A stretch of DNA of 64,000 nt from Candidatus Methanoperedenaceae archaeon. GTDB lineage: Archaea > Halobacteriota > Methanosarcinia > Methanosarcinales > Methanoperedenaceae. This document shows positions 39,603 through 49,582 of this stretch, one piece after another. The stretch covers positions 151,797 through 215,796 of the forward strand of contig CAVWCX010000001.1 in assembly GCA_963753595.1 (NCBI GenBank), given 5' to 3'. The translations under genes were made by a program, and so were the position numbers. The first letter of the stretch is position 1; every line of letters begins with the position of its first letter. A model generated the notes under the pieces. The model saw only the letters and a list, made by a program, of their open reading frames with translations, did no database searches and had not been told where the DNA came from.

Positions 39603-40313
39603 TTATTCCTGTTTCATATTTCGTACAAGTTCACTCGCCCTGAACAGCGATTCGAACGTCCCTGCATCGCTCCAGTATCCATGCAGCATGGAAAAATCCA
39701 TCTTACCAAGGCGTATGAACTCATTGTTCACATCCGTTATCTCAAGTTCTCCCCTTCCCGAAGGCTTCAGGGTGCGAATGATCTCAAATACACTTTGATC
39801 ATAGATATATAATCCAGTAACAGCAAGATTTGATTTTGGCTGTGCCGGCTTTTCCTCGATAGAAATGATCTTATTTCCTTTGATCTCGGCCACGCCAAAC
39901 CTTTTCGCATCCGGGACTTCTTTAAGGAAAATCCTTGCCCCGGACTTGAAAGACCCTGCTGCTTCAGAGACATTATCCTGATATATATTATCACCCAGGA
40001 TAACGGCCACATCTTCTTTATCCGCGAAATCCTCAGCAAGTCCCAGAGCCTGCGCAATACCGCCTGCCTGCTCCTGTATCTCAAAAGTAAAATGCACGCC
40101 AAAATCGGCGCCTGAACCCAGAAGTTCAAGAAAATGCCCTGCATGGCCTCGCCCTGAAACTATCATAATATCCTTGATACCCGCATCCATCAATGTCTGG
40201 AGGGGATAATATATCATGGGTTTGTCATATACCGGAAGTAAGTGTTTATTTGTGACTTTTGTTAAAGGATACAGGCGGGAACCTGTTCCTCCTGCAAGTA
40301 TTATACCTTTCAT
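39603..40313 (-). CDS. rmlA: Glucose-1-phosphate thymidylyltransferase
   Basis: GIILAGGTGSRLYP, KHLLPVYDKPMI, RGELEITD. Confidence 0.92.
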   Translation of the reverse strand: MKGIILAGGTGSRLYPLTKVTNKHLLPVYDKPMIYYPLQTLMDAGIKDIMIVSGRGHAGHFLELLGSGADFGVHFTFEIQEQAGGIAQALGLAEDFADKEDVAVILGDNIYQDNVSEAAGSFKSGARIFLKEVPDAKRFGVAEIKGNKIISIEEKPAQPKSNLAVTGLYIYDQSVFEIIRTLKPSGRGELEITDVNNEFIRLGKMDFSMLHGYWSDAGTFESLFRASELVRNMKQE

Positions 40314-40317
40314 GCTG

Positions 40318-41148
40318 TTACCTCAAATTTCGAATATTTAAATACTCAGCCAGGGCATCTTTCCAGTGCCGCATCGGAGTTGTTTTTGTGTTCGCCAGGA
40401 CCGAGTATTTCGGGCGCTTTGCCCTGCACGGGAATTCATCACTGCTGCATGGCTTAACGTTTGATATTATCGCAGATGCGAATTCATACCATGAACATAC
40501 GCCTTCATTAGTAATATGATAAATCCCGGGCAGATGCCCGATGAGTTCTTTAGTTTTCCAGGCAAGGTCAGCCGCATACGTTGGTTTGCCAAACTGGTCA
40601 TTTACCACTTTTACAGTATCCATCTGTCCTGACAACTTTATCATAGTATCCACAAAATTCTTACCATGCGAACCGAAAAGCCATGATGTCCTTATGATCC
40701 TGAAATCATCCATTTTCTCAATGATCTCATTTTCACCCATAAGCTTGGAATGACCATAGATGTTGATCGGATTAGTTGCATCAGTTTCCAAATATTGCTT
40801 TTTGGAGCCATCAAAAATATAATCCGTGCTGTAATGTATGAGTTTTGCGCCTGTGATCGAGCAGCCCTGTGCCATGTGTCCGGGGGCTTTTCCGTTCACC
40901 TCAAAAGCCAATTTCTGATTGTCTTCGCAGGCATCCACGGCAGTGTATGCAGCTGCATTGATCACGACATCCGGTACAGCCCTTGAAATGGATTCGATGA
41001 CCGCTTCTTTATCCCGTATATCTACATCACTATGCTTGAGTTTCACAGCATCAGGAAATACCCTGCAAAGTTCCGTACCCAGCATCCCGCCAGCGCCGAA
41101 TATCATCGTTTTAATTTTTCCCACCACCAGCGGTTTTCGATATACCAT
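40318..41148 (-). CDS. rmlD: dTDP-4-dehydrorhamnose reductase (start probably a few codons downstream)
   Basis: GAGGMLG, NAAAYTAVD, STDYIFDG, YGHSK. Confidence 0.92.
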   Translation of the reverse strand: MVYRKPLVVGKIKTMIFGAGGMLGTELCRVFPDAVKLKHSDVDIRDKEAVIESISRAVPDVVINAAAYTAVDACEDNQKLAFEVNGKAPGHMAQGCSITGAKLIHYSTDYIFDGSKKQYLETDATNPINIYGHSKLMGENEIIEKMDDFRIIRTSWLFGSHGKNFVDTMIKLSGQMDTVKVVNDQFGKPTYAADLAWKTKELIGHLPGIYHITNEGVCSWYEFASAIISNVKPCSSDEFPCRAKRPKYSVLANTKTTPMRHWKDALAEYLNIRNLR

Positions 41149-42083
41149 TTTACAGTATGCTCCAGGGCTTCATCAAATTCATGCAGAGGCTTCCATCCGA
41201 GCTTCCTGAGTTTAGAGCAATCAAGCGAATATCGAAGGTCATGTCCGGGCCGGTCCTTTATATATTCTATCATGGTTTCATCTTTCCTGAGTATCCCAAG
41301 GATCTTTTTGGTGATCTCAATATTTGTTTTTTCAGCTCCGCCGCCGATATTGTATATCTCCCCGATAGTTCCGTTATGAAGAATAAAATCAACTGCCTTG
41401 CAGTGATCAAGAACATATATCCAGTCGCGCACGTTTTTTCCGGTTCCATAGACCGGAACTTTCCGGTTAAGAAGCAAATTAGTTGAAAATAGTGGTATAA
41501 GCTTTTCCGGATACTGGTATGGTCCGAAATTGTTAGTGCACCTGGTAATTATCACAGGCAGCTTATGGGTGATAAAGTAAGATTGTGCTAAAAGATCCGA
41601 ACCTGCTTTACTTGAAGAATAAGGACTGGAAGGAGTAAGAATATCAGTTTCCACGAACGATCCGCTGTTTATGCTTCCGTAAACTTCGTCAGTTGAAATA
41701 TGAATAAATTTTTGTATATTGTGTCTTAAAGCAGCATCAAGAAGCGTAAATGTACCAAGAACATTGGTTTTTACGAAAACAGATGCATCATCAATAGACC
41801 GGTCAACATGGCTCTCAGCAGCAAAATGCACCACATGGTCAACTTTTTCCATAACCCTGTTCACTACTTCAGGATCACAGATATCACCGTGGATGAAAGT
41901 ATAATTCGGGTTTTTTTCAATATCTTTGAGATTATCAGGATTTCCTGCATACGTTTCCTTATCCAGATTTATTATCTCATACCCTGGATATTTTACAAGC
42001 ATATGCCGGATAAAGTTGCTTCCGATAAAACCCAGACCGCCGGTCACAAGTAATTTCAATTTCCCCACTCTCAATTCAACCAT
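41103..42083 (-). CDS. rmlB: dTDP-glucose 4,6-dehydratase (alternative TTG start at 42059)
   Basis: TGGLGFIG, HFAAESHVDRS, STDEVYG, YSSSK. Confidence 0.95.
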   Translation of the reverse strand: MVELRVGKLKLLVTGGLGFIGSNFIRHMLVKYPGYEIINLDKETYAGNPDNLKDIEKNPNYTFIHGDICDPEVVNRVMEKVDHVVHFAAESHVDRSIDDASVFVKTNVLGTFTLLDAALRHNIQKFIHISTDEVYGSINSGSFVETDILTPSSPYSSSKAGSDLLAQSYFITHKLPVIITRCTNNFGPYQYPEKLIPLFSTNLLLNRKVPVYGTGKNVRDWIYVLDHCKAVDFILHNGTIGEIYNIGGGAEKTNIEITKKILGILRKDETMIEYIKDRPGHDLRYSLDCSKLRKLGWKPLHEFDEALEHTVKWYIENRWWWEKLKR

Positions 42084-42549
42084 GTTTTAAGCCCGGCGCA
42101 AGTCCCCAATCGTATGGGATTTCCTTAGAATCGGGAGGTAATCTGTATTCATCCGGTTCTTCATAATTATAAGGCAAGGTGGGAATACTGAGGAAATATG
42201 CTGTTTGCGTACCGATGCCTTTGAATCCATGATATACACCCGGAGGAACACTTATCAGTATCGGATTTTTTTCACCGGCGAACAATTCAATTAAATTCTT
42301 ATAGGTCGGCGATTCCTCTCTTCCATCATACAGGACTACTTTCATCATCCCATGCACACATGTGAAATTATCAGTTTGCTTCTTGTGATAATGCCAGCCT
42401 TTTACGACTCCCGGATAAGCCGTAGTAATATAAACCTGCCCGAATTTAGTAAATATCTTATCGTCACATCGCAGGATTTCCATAAGCCAGCCCCGCTCAT
42501 CAGGAACCACTTTCAGGTTTTTTATGACTACGCCATCAATGTTTTTCAT
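42076..42549 (-). CDS. rmlC: dTDP-4-dehydrorhamnose 3,5-epimerase family protein
   Basis: DERGWLME, KGWHYH, VPPGVYHGF. Confidence 0.88.
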   Translation of the reverse strand: MKNIDGVVIKNLKVVPDERGWLMEILRCDDKIFTKFGQVYITTAYPGVVKGWHYHKKQTDNFTCVHGMMKVVLYDGREESPTYKNLIELFAGEKNPILISVPPGVYHGFKGIGTQTAYFLSIPTLPYNYEEPDEYRLPPDSKEIPYDWGLAPGLKHG

Positions 42550-42666
42550 AATTACTATATTATCCTATCCAAATATATCTGTTTTATTTGGATTCATTAA
42601 ATAACTTTGCCAGAAGAATAAATTAAAGGCTTATACTATTATATTAGTTTTTCCATTTATGCTACG

Positions 42667-43677
42667 ATGGTCAATCTGCCAATCGTTTCCATAATCGTTC
42701 TTTCATGGAATGGAAAACAGTATCTTGAGACATGTCTTTCATCCCTGGTAAGACAAACTTACAAAAGCATTGAGGTTATTCTTGTTGATAACGGCTCTTC
42801 TGACGGAACAATAGAGTTTGTAAGAAACAGTTTTCCCGGAGTTATTATTTTAAGACACGATAAGAATCTTGGCTTTGCGGAAGGTGTGAACAGCGGAATC
42901 AGGATTTCAAAGGGTGAATTCATAGCCACAATTAACAACGATGCAGAGGCAGATGCAAATTGGATAAAAAGTCTTGTGAGGGTCATGGAGTCAGATCCGG
43001 GCATCGGGTGTTGCGGTTCAAAGATGCTGCGTTATTATGAAAGGAACATAATTGATTCAGCAGGTATTGTCGTATACCAGAACGGCAATGCGTACGACAG
43101 GGGAAGTGAAGAAGAGGATAAGGGGCAGTACGATTCACAGGAAGAAATCTTTGGTGCATGTGCCGGTGCAGCCTTATATCGCAGAAAAATGCTGGATGAG
43201 ATAGGTCTGTTTGATATGGATTATTTTGCTTATCTGGAAGATGTGGACATCTCATTTAGAATGCATCTTTTCGGCTGGAAATGTATATATGTTCCAGATG
43301 CCCTGGTTTATCATATGCATTCTGCAACATCAAAGCAGGCTTCTCCTTTTAAATTATTCTATCTTGAAAGAAATAAGCTGTGGAATATGTGGAAATATTA
43401 TCCTGCCACTACACTGATCATGCAATTTCCATATACTAACATTTTTTATTACAAATATTTAGTATTATTCATACATAAATTACTGAAAAAAGATAAACAT
43501 AATAAAGAACCAATTTTAAGATATGGTTTTTTTCCTGTTGCTTCTGCGGTATTGCGGGCAAAATTTTCTGCTTATTGGAAACTTCCCGGGATCATCAATC
43601 AGCGCAGAAAATTAAAGTTAAAAGGCTTAGATCGGTCAGTACTTACGCCATGGATAATAAAAGGCTATCGCCATTAA
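42667..43677 (+). CDS. GT2 glycosyltransferase (rhamnosyltransferase-like)
   Basis: VDNGSSDG, NLGFAEG, NNDA, FAYLEDVD. Confidence 0.9.
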   Translation: MVNLPIVSIIVLSWNGKQYLETCLSSLVRQTYKSIEVILVDNGSSDGTIEFVRNSFPGVIILRHDKNLGFAEGVNSGIRISKGEFIATINNDAEADANWIKSLVRVMESDPGIGCCGSKMLRYYERNIIDSAGIVVYQNGNAYDRGSEEEDKGQYDSQEEIFGACAGAALYRRKMLDEIGLFDMDYFAYLEDVDISFRMHLFGWKCIYVPDALVYHMHSATSKQASPFKLFYLERNKLWNMWKYYPATTLIMQFPYTNIFYYKYLVLFIHKLLKKDKHNKEPILRYGFFPVASAVLRAKFSAYWKLPGIINQRRKLKLKGLDRSVLTPWIIKGYRH

Positions 43678-44570
43678 TTTTTCCAGTAATATGCATGCAT
43701 GCTCAAATGTACCTTTATTGATCCGGGTATCCATTTATGGCGCAATCCAAAAAAAAATCCCATGAATTTAAAGACGTCGTAGCATATTGCATACGGGATT
43801 TTGATGAGACTTTCCCGTTCCACATATATAATTTCATCTATAAAATATCCGATCCCATTACGAAGGACCGCTGGTTTCAAACCCATCTGGGAAAACGATA
43901 CTCCTGAATCAAAATATCTCTTAAATACCTGTTTTAAGCCATAATTATGGGAATGAAATACTGCTGCATCCGGGACATAATCTATTTTATATCCAAGTTC
44001 ATTTGCTCTTTTTGCCCAGTCATGATCTTCACTTATGATGAGTTCCTCGCTAAATTTTATCTTTTTCCATACTGAACGCTTGATCGCAGAATTTACATTT
44101 GAGAAAAATGCATTCATGTTGAAATCTTTTATCGAGTATGGTCCATTTAACGTCGGCGGATAATTCCTTAGAATGAAAAATCGCTCCATAATCGATGTAT
44201 TTTCATAAGGGATCTGTCTTCCAAAGGTCGCTCCAACATTTTCACTGGCAAGCCTGTCTGTGAGATTTTTAAGCCAATTCCCGTTTGCGGGGATCGCATC
44301 CGCAGAAAGATATACAATATAGTCTCCTGCAGCATATCCTGATGCAAGGTTGCGGGTCCTGCCATGCCCGAATTCCCCTGGCGGTATTGTGTAGAATTTT
44401 ACATTGAACTGCGATATCTTCTTTATCGTATCATCGCTTGAACCCGAATCAACAACAATTATCTCAAAGGGATCATTGATTTGTTGCGCCTGGATTTGCT
44501 GCAGGACTTTTCCGATCGTGGCGCCATTGTTTTTTGTGAGGATGACAACCGATAATAATACATTTTCCAT
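43674..44570 (-). CDS. GT2 glycosyltransferase (rhamnosyltransferase-like)
   Basis: DSGSSDDT, FGHGRTRN, FSNVNSAI, SEDHDW. Confidence 0.9.
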   Translation of the reverse strand: MENVLLSVVILTKNNGATIGKVLQQIQAQQINDPFEIIVVDSGSSDDTIKKISQFNVKFYTIPPGEFGHGRTRNLASGYAAGDYIVYLSADAIPANGNWLKNLTDRLASENVGATFGRQIPYENTSIMERFFILRNYPPTLNGPYSIKDFNMNAFFSNVNSAIKRSVWKKIKFSEELIISEDHDWAKRANELGYKIDYVPDAAVFHSHNYGLKQVFKRYFDSGVSFSQMGLKPAVLRNGIGYFIDEIIYVERESLIKIPYAICYDVFKFMGFFFGLRHKWIPGSIKVHLSMHAYYWKN

Positions 44571-44579
44571 AAATTCCAG

Positions 44580-45737
44580 TTATTTTTCCTTATCTTCAAG
44601 AATAAATATACTTATAATAAGTGCTGAAAATATGACCTGTATCCCAAGCGCCGCCATTGTCATTGAGGTCACTGCCGTTCCCACTTCGGAAAGTGAACCA
44701 TATCCAGATCCTATCCATTTCAAGATCACACCCGAGCCCCGGACAAGGCCTGCAAAAAATAATACAATTCCAAATAATAGTCCGAGTTCCAGGGAATGAT
44801 AATCCAGTATTTTAGCTGTCAATCCTGTTTTATCGATCCTGTTATGAATAATCCCGTAAACTTTCATGTAGCCTCCGGTGGCTATCATCTGGGTACCAAT
44901 GAGCAGCAGCATCGAGCCAAGTATAAATGAATGCAAGCTTGTTGTTTCAACATTCCCGCGAATTGATAATGTCAGGGTCATAAATATTCCAAGTATCAAT
45001 ATCAAAAAACCCGGTATCGAAAAAAATGGCGTAGGATTGTAAAGCATCATGAACCTTAAATGACGCCAGCCGTCTCCCCATGAGTGGAGTTTGGAAGGTG
45101 TCAGTCTCGGATAATATGTAATTGGTACTTCGGTAATTCGCAGCTTTTTCCTGGCGGCTTCAATTATCATTTCACTTGCAAACTCCATCCCTTCACTTTT
45201 AAGATCCAGCTTATCATACGCTTCTCTTGTAATCGACCTCATGCCGCAATGGGAATCGCTCAGATTTGTCTTGAAAAGTTCATTAAGAATACTTGTTAAT
45301 ATTGGATTTCCAATGTACCTGTGAAGCCAGGGCATAGAACCTTTTTTGATCTGGCCTTTTAACCTTGTGCCCATTACAAAATCCGCATCATTTGCCATTA
45401 AAGGTTTAATGAACTTTGTTATTTCAGAAAGATCATAGGTATCATCTGCATCTGCAAGGAGGATGTATTTTCCTTTTGCATGCCAGAATCCTTCAAGAAA
45501 AGCATTTCCATATCCTTTATTGGTGGGTGTTACAACAATTGCGCCAAGTGACCTTGCGATATCCCTGGAGTTATCAGTGGAATTATCCGGAATAATTATT
45601 TCCCCGTCCCAATTTTCTTTCTCCAATGCTGATAATGCTTTCTTGATGCACACTCCTATGGTCTTTTCCTCGTTCATGCATGGGATTATGATCGATACAA
45701 AGGGGGGGATCATCATATCCAGCATATCTTCAGACAT
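44580..45737 (-). CDS. GT2 polyprenol-phosphate glycosyltransferase with C-terminal transmembrane helices (start uncertain)
   Basis: IIPCMNEE, GYGNA, DADDTYD, GMEFASEM, DGWRHLRF. Confidence 0.88.
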   Translation of the reverse strand: MSEDMLDMMIPPFVSIIIPCMNEEKTIGVCIKKALSALEKENWDGEIIIPDNSTDNSRDIARSLGAIVVTPTNKGYGNAFLEGFWHAKGKYILLADADDTYDLSEITKFIKPLMANDADFVMGTRLKGQIKKGSMPWLHRYIGNPILTSILNELFKTNLSDSHCGMRSITREAYDKLDLKSEGMEFASEMIIEAARKKLRITEVPITYYPRLTPSKLHSWGDGWRHLRFMMLYNPTPFFSIPGFLILILGIFMTLTLSIRGNVETTSLHSFILGSMLLLIGTQMIATGGYMKVYGIIHNRIDKTGLTAKILDYHSLELGLLFGIVLFFAGLVRGSGVILKWIGSGYGSLSEVGTAVTSMTMAALGIQVIFSALIISIFILEDKEK

Positions 45738-45895
45738 GAAATATCTTTTCGTTGGTATTCTGTGCCATGCTAATTTTTTAATCTCATAATTGCAGAAAAA
45801 TATATACAGCAAATTAACATATCAAATAGAATCAAATCATGAGTCCTTTTGAAATGATATTCTCTCAAAACTCAAGTTAAAATTACAGGATCGAC

Positions 45896-46474
45896 ATGAA
45901 ATTAGATAAAAGAATCATATATGTAGCCATATTTACGGCAGCCGTCATGTTTTTATTAATAGCATTAAGCCTGGAAGACGGGAAAAACAAAACAGAACCG
46001 GAAGCAATCGCAGAAGGACAAACCCTGGACCAGCAAGATGAGCCTGTTAATGACTATACGGTTCTTGTAACCAAAGATGTCTGTGAGGGATGTCACATGT
46101 CAGGCAAACCTTTCATACCGCAGGCAGAAAGCGTCGCACCTCATGTCAATGGAGGGGCCTATTGCCTGGCCTGTCATCAAATATCGCATGAAAAACACCC
46201 TATCAACAATGAAGTCACATGCGAAAAATGCCATGGGACAATCGCGGGAAAGCCGGTCTATTCTAATGGAAGCATAACATGCAACAATTGCCATAATTAT
46301 CCTGACCCGTTATTGCCAAGCAAAGGCAATTTGATCACGGTCCACAGGCCAAGAGGAGTTTCCTGCATCAGTTGTCATACGGAAAAATGTTCAAAATGCC
46401 ATACACAGACAGGTACAAGCGAAAGATGGATAAAAAGAATGGAACATTTTAAAGTTGTAGCAATAGGTCGTTAA
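45896..46474 (+). CDS. Membrane-anchored hexaheme c-type cytochrome
   Basis: N-terminal transmembrane helix; CEGCH, CLACH, CEKCH, CNNCH, CISCH, CSKCH. Confidence 0.88.
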   Translation: MKLDKRIIYVAIFTAAVMFLLIALSLEDGKNKTEPEAIAEGQTLDQQDEPVNDYTVLVTKDVCEGCHMSGKPFIPQAESVAPHVNGGAYCLACHQISHEKHPINNEVTCEKCHGTIAGKPVYSNGSITCNNCHNYPDPLLPSKGNLITVHRPRGVSCISCHTEKCSKCHTQTGTSERWIKRMEHFKVVAIGR

Positions 46475-46962
46475 TGGCTGTCTATATAACTCCCGGCTTC
46501 TGTCAGTAATAATGTCATTGTTAAATATATGACAATTATTTCCTGGGGGGATGCCGGTACTAATCCATTAATTGCGCTCAGGTTTGCATTCATGGCAAGA
46601 ACCCCTCCTGCTGTAAGTGCGATCAGGAATCCGTTTACTGTCCAGAATGCGCGGCCGTTGGATCTTAACTGGACCACATAAACTGCAAACAGTAACATCA
46701 GAGTAAGCCATATCTTGGTAGCCACCATCCCGCCAATGCCATGTTCCAGAAAAACAAGGCTCATTATGGGGTTTATCTCAGCGCTTGCGCCCAGTTTTTC
46801 CATCATGTAGGCCGACGTAACACCATCGCCTAATCCCAGGGTCAGGAAAGCCATAAAAAAAAGTGCAGACTGGAAACTGAGTTTTCTTATGGCAAAAATG
46901 GTAACTAATTTAATTATTCCCAGCAGTTCGATAAAGAACCCTTTCTGAACATTGTCGGTCAT
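46471..46962 (-). CDS. Membrane protein (DUF5658-like)
   Basis: GDGVTS...EINPIM...K motif and 4 transmembrane helices. Confidence 0.65.
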   Translation of the reverse strand: MTDNVQKGFFIELLGIIKLVTIFAIRKLSFQSALFFMAFLTLGLGDGVTSAYMMEKLGASAEINPIMSLVFLEHGIGGMVATKIWLTLMLLFAVYVVQLRSNGRAFWTVNGFLIALTAGGVLAMNANLSAINGLVPASPQEIIVIYLTMTLLLTEAGSYIDSH

Positions 46963-47101
46963 TTTTTCCTCTTAAGATTCAATACACAAGATAATATATG
47001 AACATTATAATAACAATAATGCTCATGACATTAAAGAAAATAAAAAATGTATTTGTTGTATATGGAAACCGTTATTGTTATTGGGATCGTGGATAGTTCA
47101 T

Positions 47102-49354
47102 ATGCAGGCTTGCTGTACATGCGAAGCATTTGATAAGTGTGGGTTAAAAGATGAAGGGCTTTTTGACCTTTGTCCGAAATTGAACACCTTTGAAGATCAG
47201 GGGAAAATCGATACCTGTTCGACTGGAACGAGCCCTGTCATCGATTATAACATACTCAGGAGGTATTTTGGATATTCCGAATTTCGCCAGCTTCAAAAGG
47301 ATATAATCCAGGATGTTCTGAATGGAAATGATGTACTTGTGCTGATGCCCACCGGAGGTGGAAAGTCTTTGTGCTACCAGTATCCTTCATTGCTTTTTAA
47401 AGGATTGACAATAGTCATCTCTCCCCTTATTTCACTAATGAAGAACCAGGTGGACAGCATGAGAATGAATGGCATCCCTGCTGAATTCATCAATAGTTCA
47501 CTGAATTATCAGGATATTTTAAAAATAAAATCCGCGCTATTACAAAACAATATCCGGTTATTATACATTGCTCCTGAAAGATTTACCGTACCATCATTTC
47601 TTTCTTTCCTGAAGGGGCTTAATATAAACCTGTTCGCTATTGATGAGGCGCACTGTATATCCGAATGGGGGCATGATTTCAGGCCGGAATACAGGCAGTT
47701 AAAACAAATAAGGCAATATTTTCCTGATGTTCCGATCATAGCGCTAACTGCGACCGCTACCCCGAAAGTAAGGGATGATATCATCACTCAGCTTGCCCTT
47801 TCTGATTGCAAGAGATATCTTGACAGTTTTAACCGGAAGAACCTGGTCTATTATGTCAGGCCAAAGCAGGATGCATTCAGGCAGATCGTGGAGATCCTGC
47901 GGACAAAACCGGGGGAATCAGGCATAATATACTGTTACAGCAGGAAAAACGTGGAAACTATTACGCAGGGCCTGAAAAGTGCTGGATTCCGTGCACTTGC
48001 ATACCATGCCGGTTTATCTGCGAACCAGAGGACTCAAAACCAGGAAAAATTCATCAAAGATGATGTTGAGGTACTTGTAGCCACTGTCGCCTTCGGGATG
48101 GGCATCGATAAACCCAACATTCGATTCGTGATACATCATGACCTTCCCAAAAATCTTGAAGCATATTACCAGGAAACAGGACGTGCCGGTAGGGATGGAT
48201 TAAAGAGCGAGTGCGTTCTTTTCTATAGTTATGGCGACCGGCAAAAGATCGAGTATTTTATAAACCAGGTATCTAATGAAAAGGAAAGACAAATTGCGCA
48301 AAATAAACTGAAATGTATTATAAATTTCTCTGAAACAAACCTATGCAGAAGAAAGCTATTGCTGGGATATTTTGGAGAAGATTTCAAAGAAAATAACTGC
48401 AAAGGCTGCGATAATTGTCTTTTACCGAAGGAGGAGGCAGAAGCAACAACTGAAATAATGACCATCCTATCCTGCATCGAAGAAATGGATGAGAGATTCG
48501 GTATAAATTATGTCATAGATGTGCTTACCGGGGGAAAGACATCCCGACTCCTGCAAAATGGGCATGCATCATTAAGATCATATGGGTCCGGGAAAGACCT
48601 GCCAAAGAAAATGTGGCACGGATTCATAAGAGAACTTATCCAGCGCGGTTATTTAAATGTTGAAGGCGAATATCCGGTCCTTAAATTGGACCAGAAAAGC
48701 CGGGATATTTTATCACAGTCAAAAACTGGTGTGAAAAATGAGAAAATATACATTGTAAAACCACAGGCTATCAAAAAGCCTGTTAAGATCGAACAGGAAA
48801 CAGCCGATGAAGGTTTGTTCGAGAAGCTTCGTGCATTAAGGAAAACCCTGGCAGATGCCGGGAACCAGCCCCCTTATATGATATTTAATGATGCCACCCT
48901 CAAACAAATGGCTGCACGAGCGCCATGCAATCTGGCTGATTTCAGGAAGATCACTGGCGTTGGTGATAAGAAGCTTGAGAGATTCGGTGGCATTTTTATA
49001 AGTGAGATTCGAAGGTTTTGCGAAAAACAGGATTCATACGGCTCTCCGGTTAAAAAGCGATCAAGTGAATACCTGACCCTTGAAATGCTGGAAAAGGGTA
49101 TGGATCTTGATGAGATCACATTAAAAAGGAATTTATCCCTGAATACTATATATCTTCATATCGAAAAATTGATACTGTCCGGTGAAAATATCAAAATAGA
49201 GACTTTAATAAAGAAAGAAAAGGTCGAATCGATATCAAGCACCATACTTGAATTTGGTGGGGAGGCCTTAAAGCCAATAAAAGAAAAATTAGGGGATAAT
49301 TTTTCATATGGGGAGATCAGGCTGGTGAGGGCCAGGATGATGAAAAAGGTTTAA
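47102..49354 (+). CDS. recQ: ATP-dependent DNA helicase RecQ (helicase, Zn, RQC, HRDC, HTH)
   Basis: MPTGGGKSLCYQ, DEAHCISEWGHDFRP, QETGRAGRDG, CRR...CKGCDNC, HRDC domain. Confidence 0.95.
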   Translation: MQACCTCEAFDKCGLKDEGLFDLCPKLNTFEDQGKIDTCSTGTSPVIDYNILRRYFGYSEFRQLQKDIIQDVLNGNDVLVLMPTGGGKSLCYQYPSLLFKGLTIVISPLISLMKNQVDSMRMNGIPAEFINSSLNYQDILKIKSALLQNNIRLLYIAPERFTVPSFLSFLKGLNINLFAIDEAHCISEWGHDFRPEYRQLKQIRQYFPDVPIIALTATATPKVRDDIITQLALSDCKRYLDSFNRKNLVYYVRPKQDAFRQIVEILRTKPGESGIIYCYSRKNVETITQGLKSAGFRALAYHAGLSANQRTQNQEKFIKDDVEVLVATVAFGMGIDKPNIRFVIHHDLPKNLEAYYQETGRAGRDGLKSECVLFYSYGDRQKIEYFINQVSNEKERQIAQNKLKCIINFSETNLCRRKLLLGYFGEDFKENNCKGCDNCLLPKEEAEATTEIMTILSCIEEMDERFGINYVIDVLTGGKTSRLLQNGHASLRSYGSGKDLPKKMWHGFIRELIQRGYLNVEGEYPVLKLDQKSRDILSQSKTGVKNEKIYIVKPQAIKKPVKIEQETADEGLFEKLRALRKTLADAGNQPPYMIFNDATLKQMAARAPCNLADFRKITGVGDKKLERFGGIFISEIRRFCEKQDSYGSPVKKRSSEYLTLEMLEKGMDLDEITLKRNLSLNTIYLHIEKLILSGENIKIETLIKKEKVESISSTILEFGGEALKPIKEKLGDNFSYGEIRLVRARMMKKV

Positions 49355-49414
49355 TGTGCCCTCATCATTTTTATAAGCAGAAAGATTATTATTATATTGA
49401 CTAAATGTACAGGC

Positions 49415-49549
49415 ATGACCAGTATAAACCTGTTAGGATTCATTCTTATTGCTGTCAGTTTTGGTTTAATAGCATATGAATGCCAGAAAAATAAATGGGG
49501 ATATATAGCGGTGGTTTTTGCAGCTATAGGTGGAAAAATGTTCCTTTAG
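49415..49549 (+). CDS. Putative 44-aa two-helix membrane microprotein, not in the ORF track
   Basis: MTSINLLGFILIAVSFGLIAYECQKNKWGYIAVVFAAIGGKMFL*. Confidence 0.45.
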   Translation: MTSINLLGFILIAVSFGLIAYECQKNKWGYIAVVFAAIGGKMFL

Positions 49550-49582
49550 ATACATTGTTTTTCTGTGGCCACTTAGTGAATA

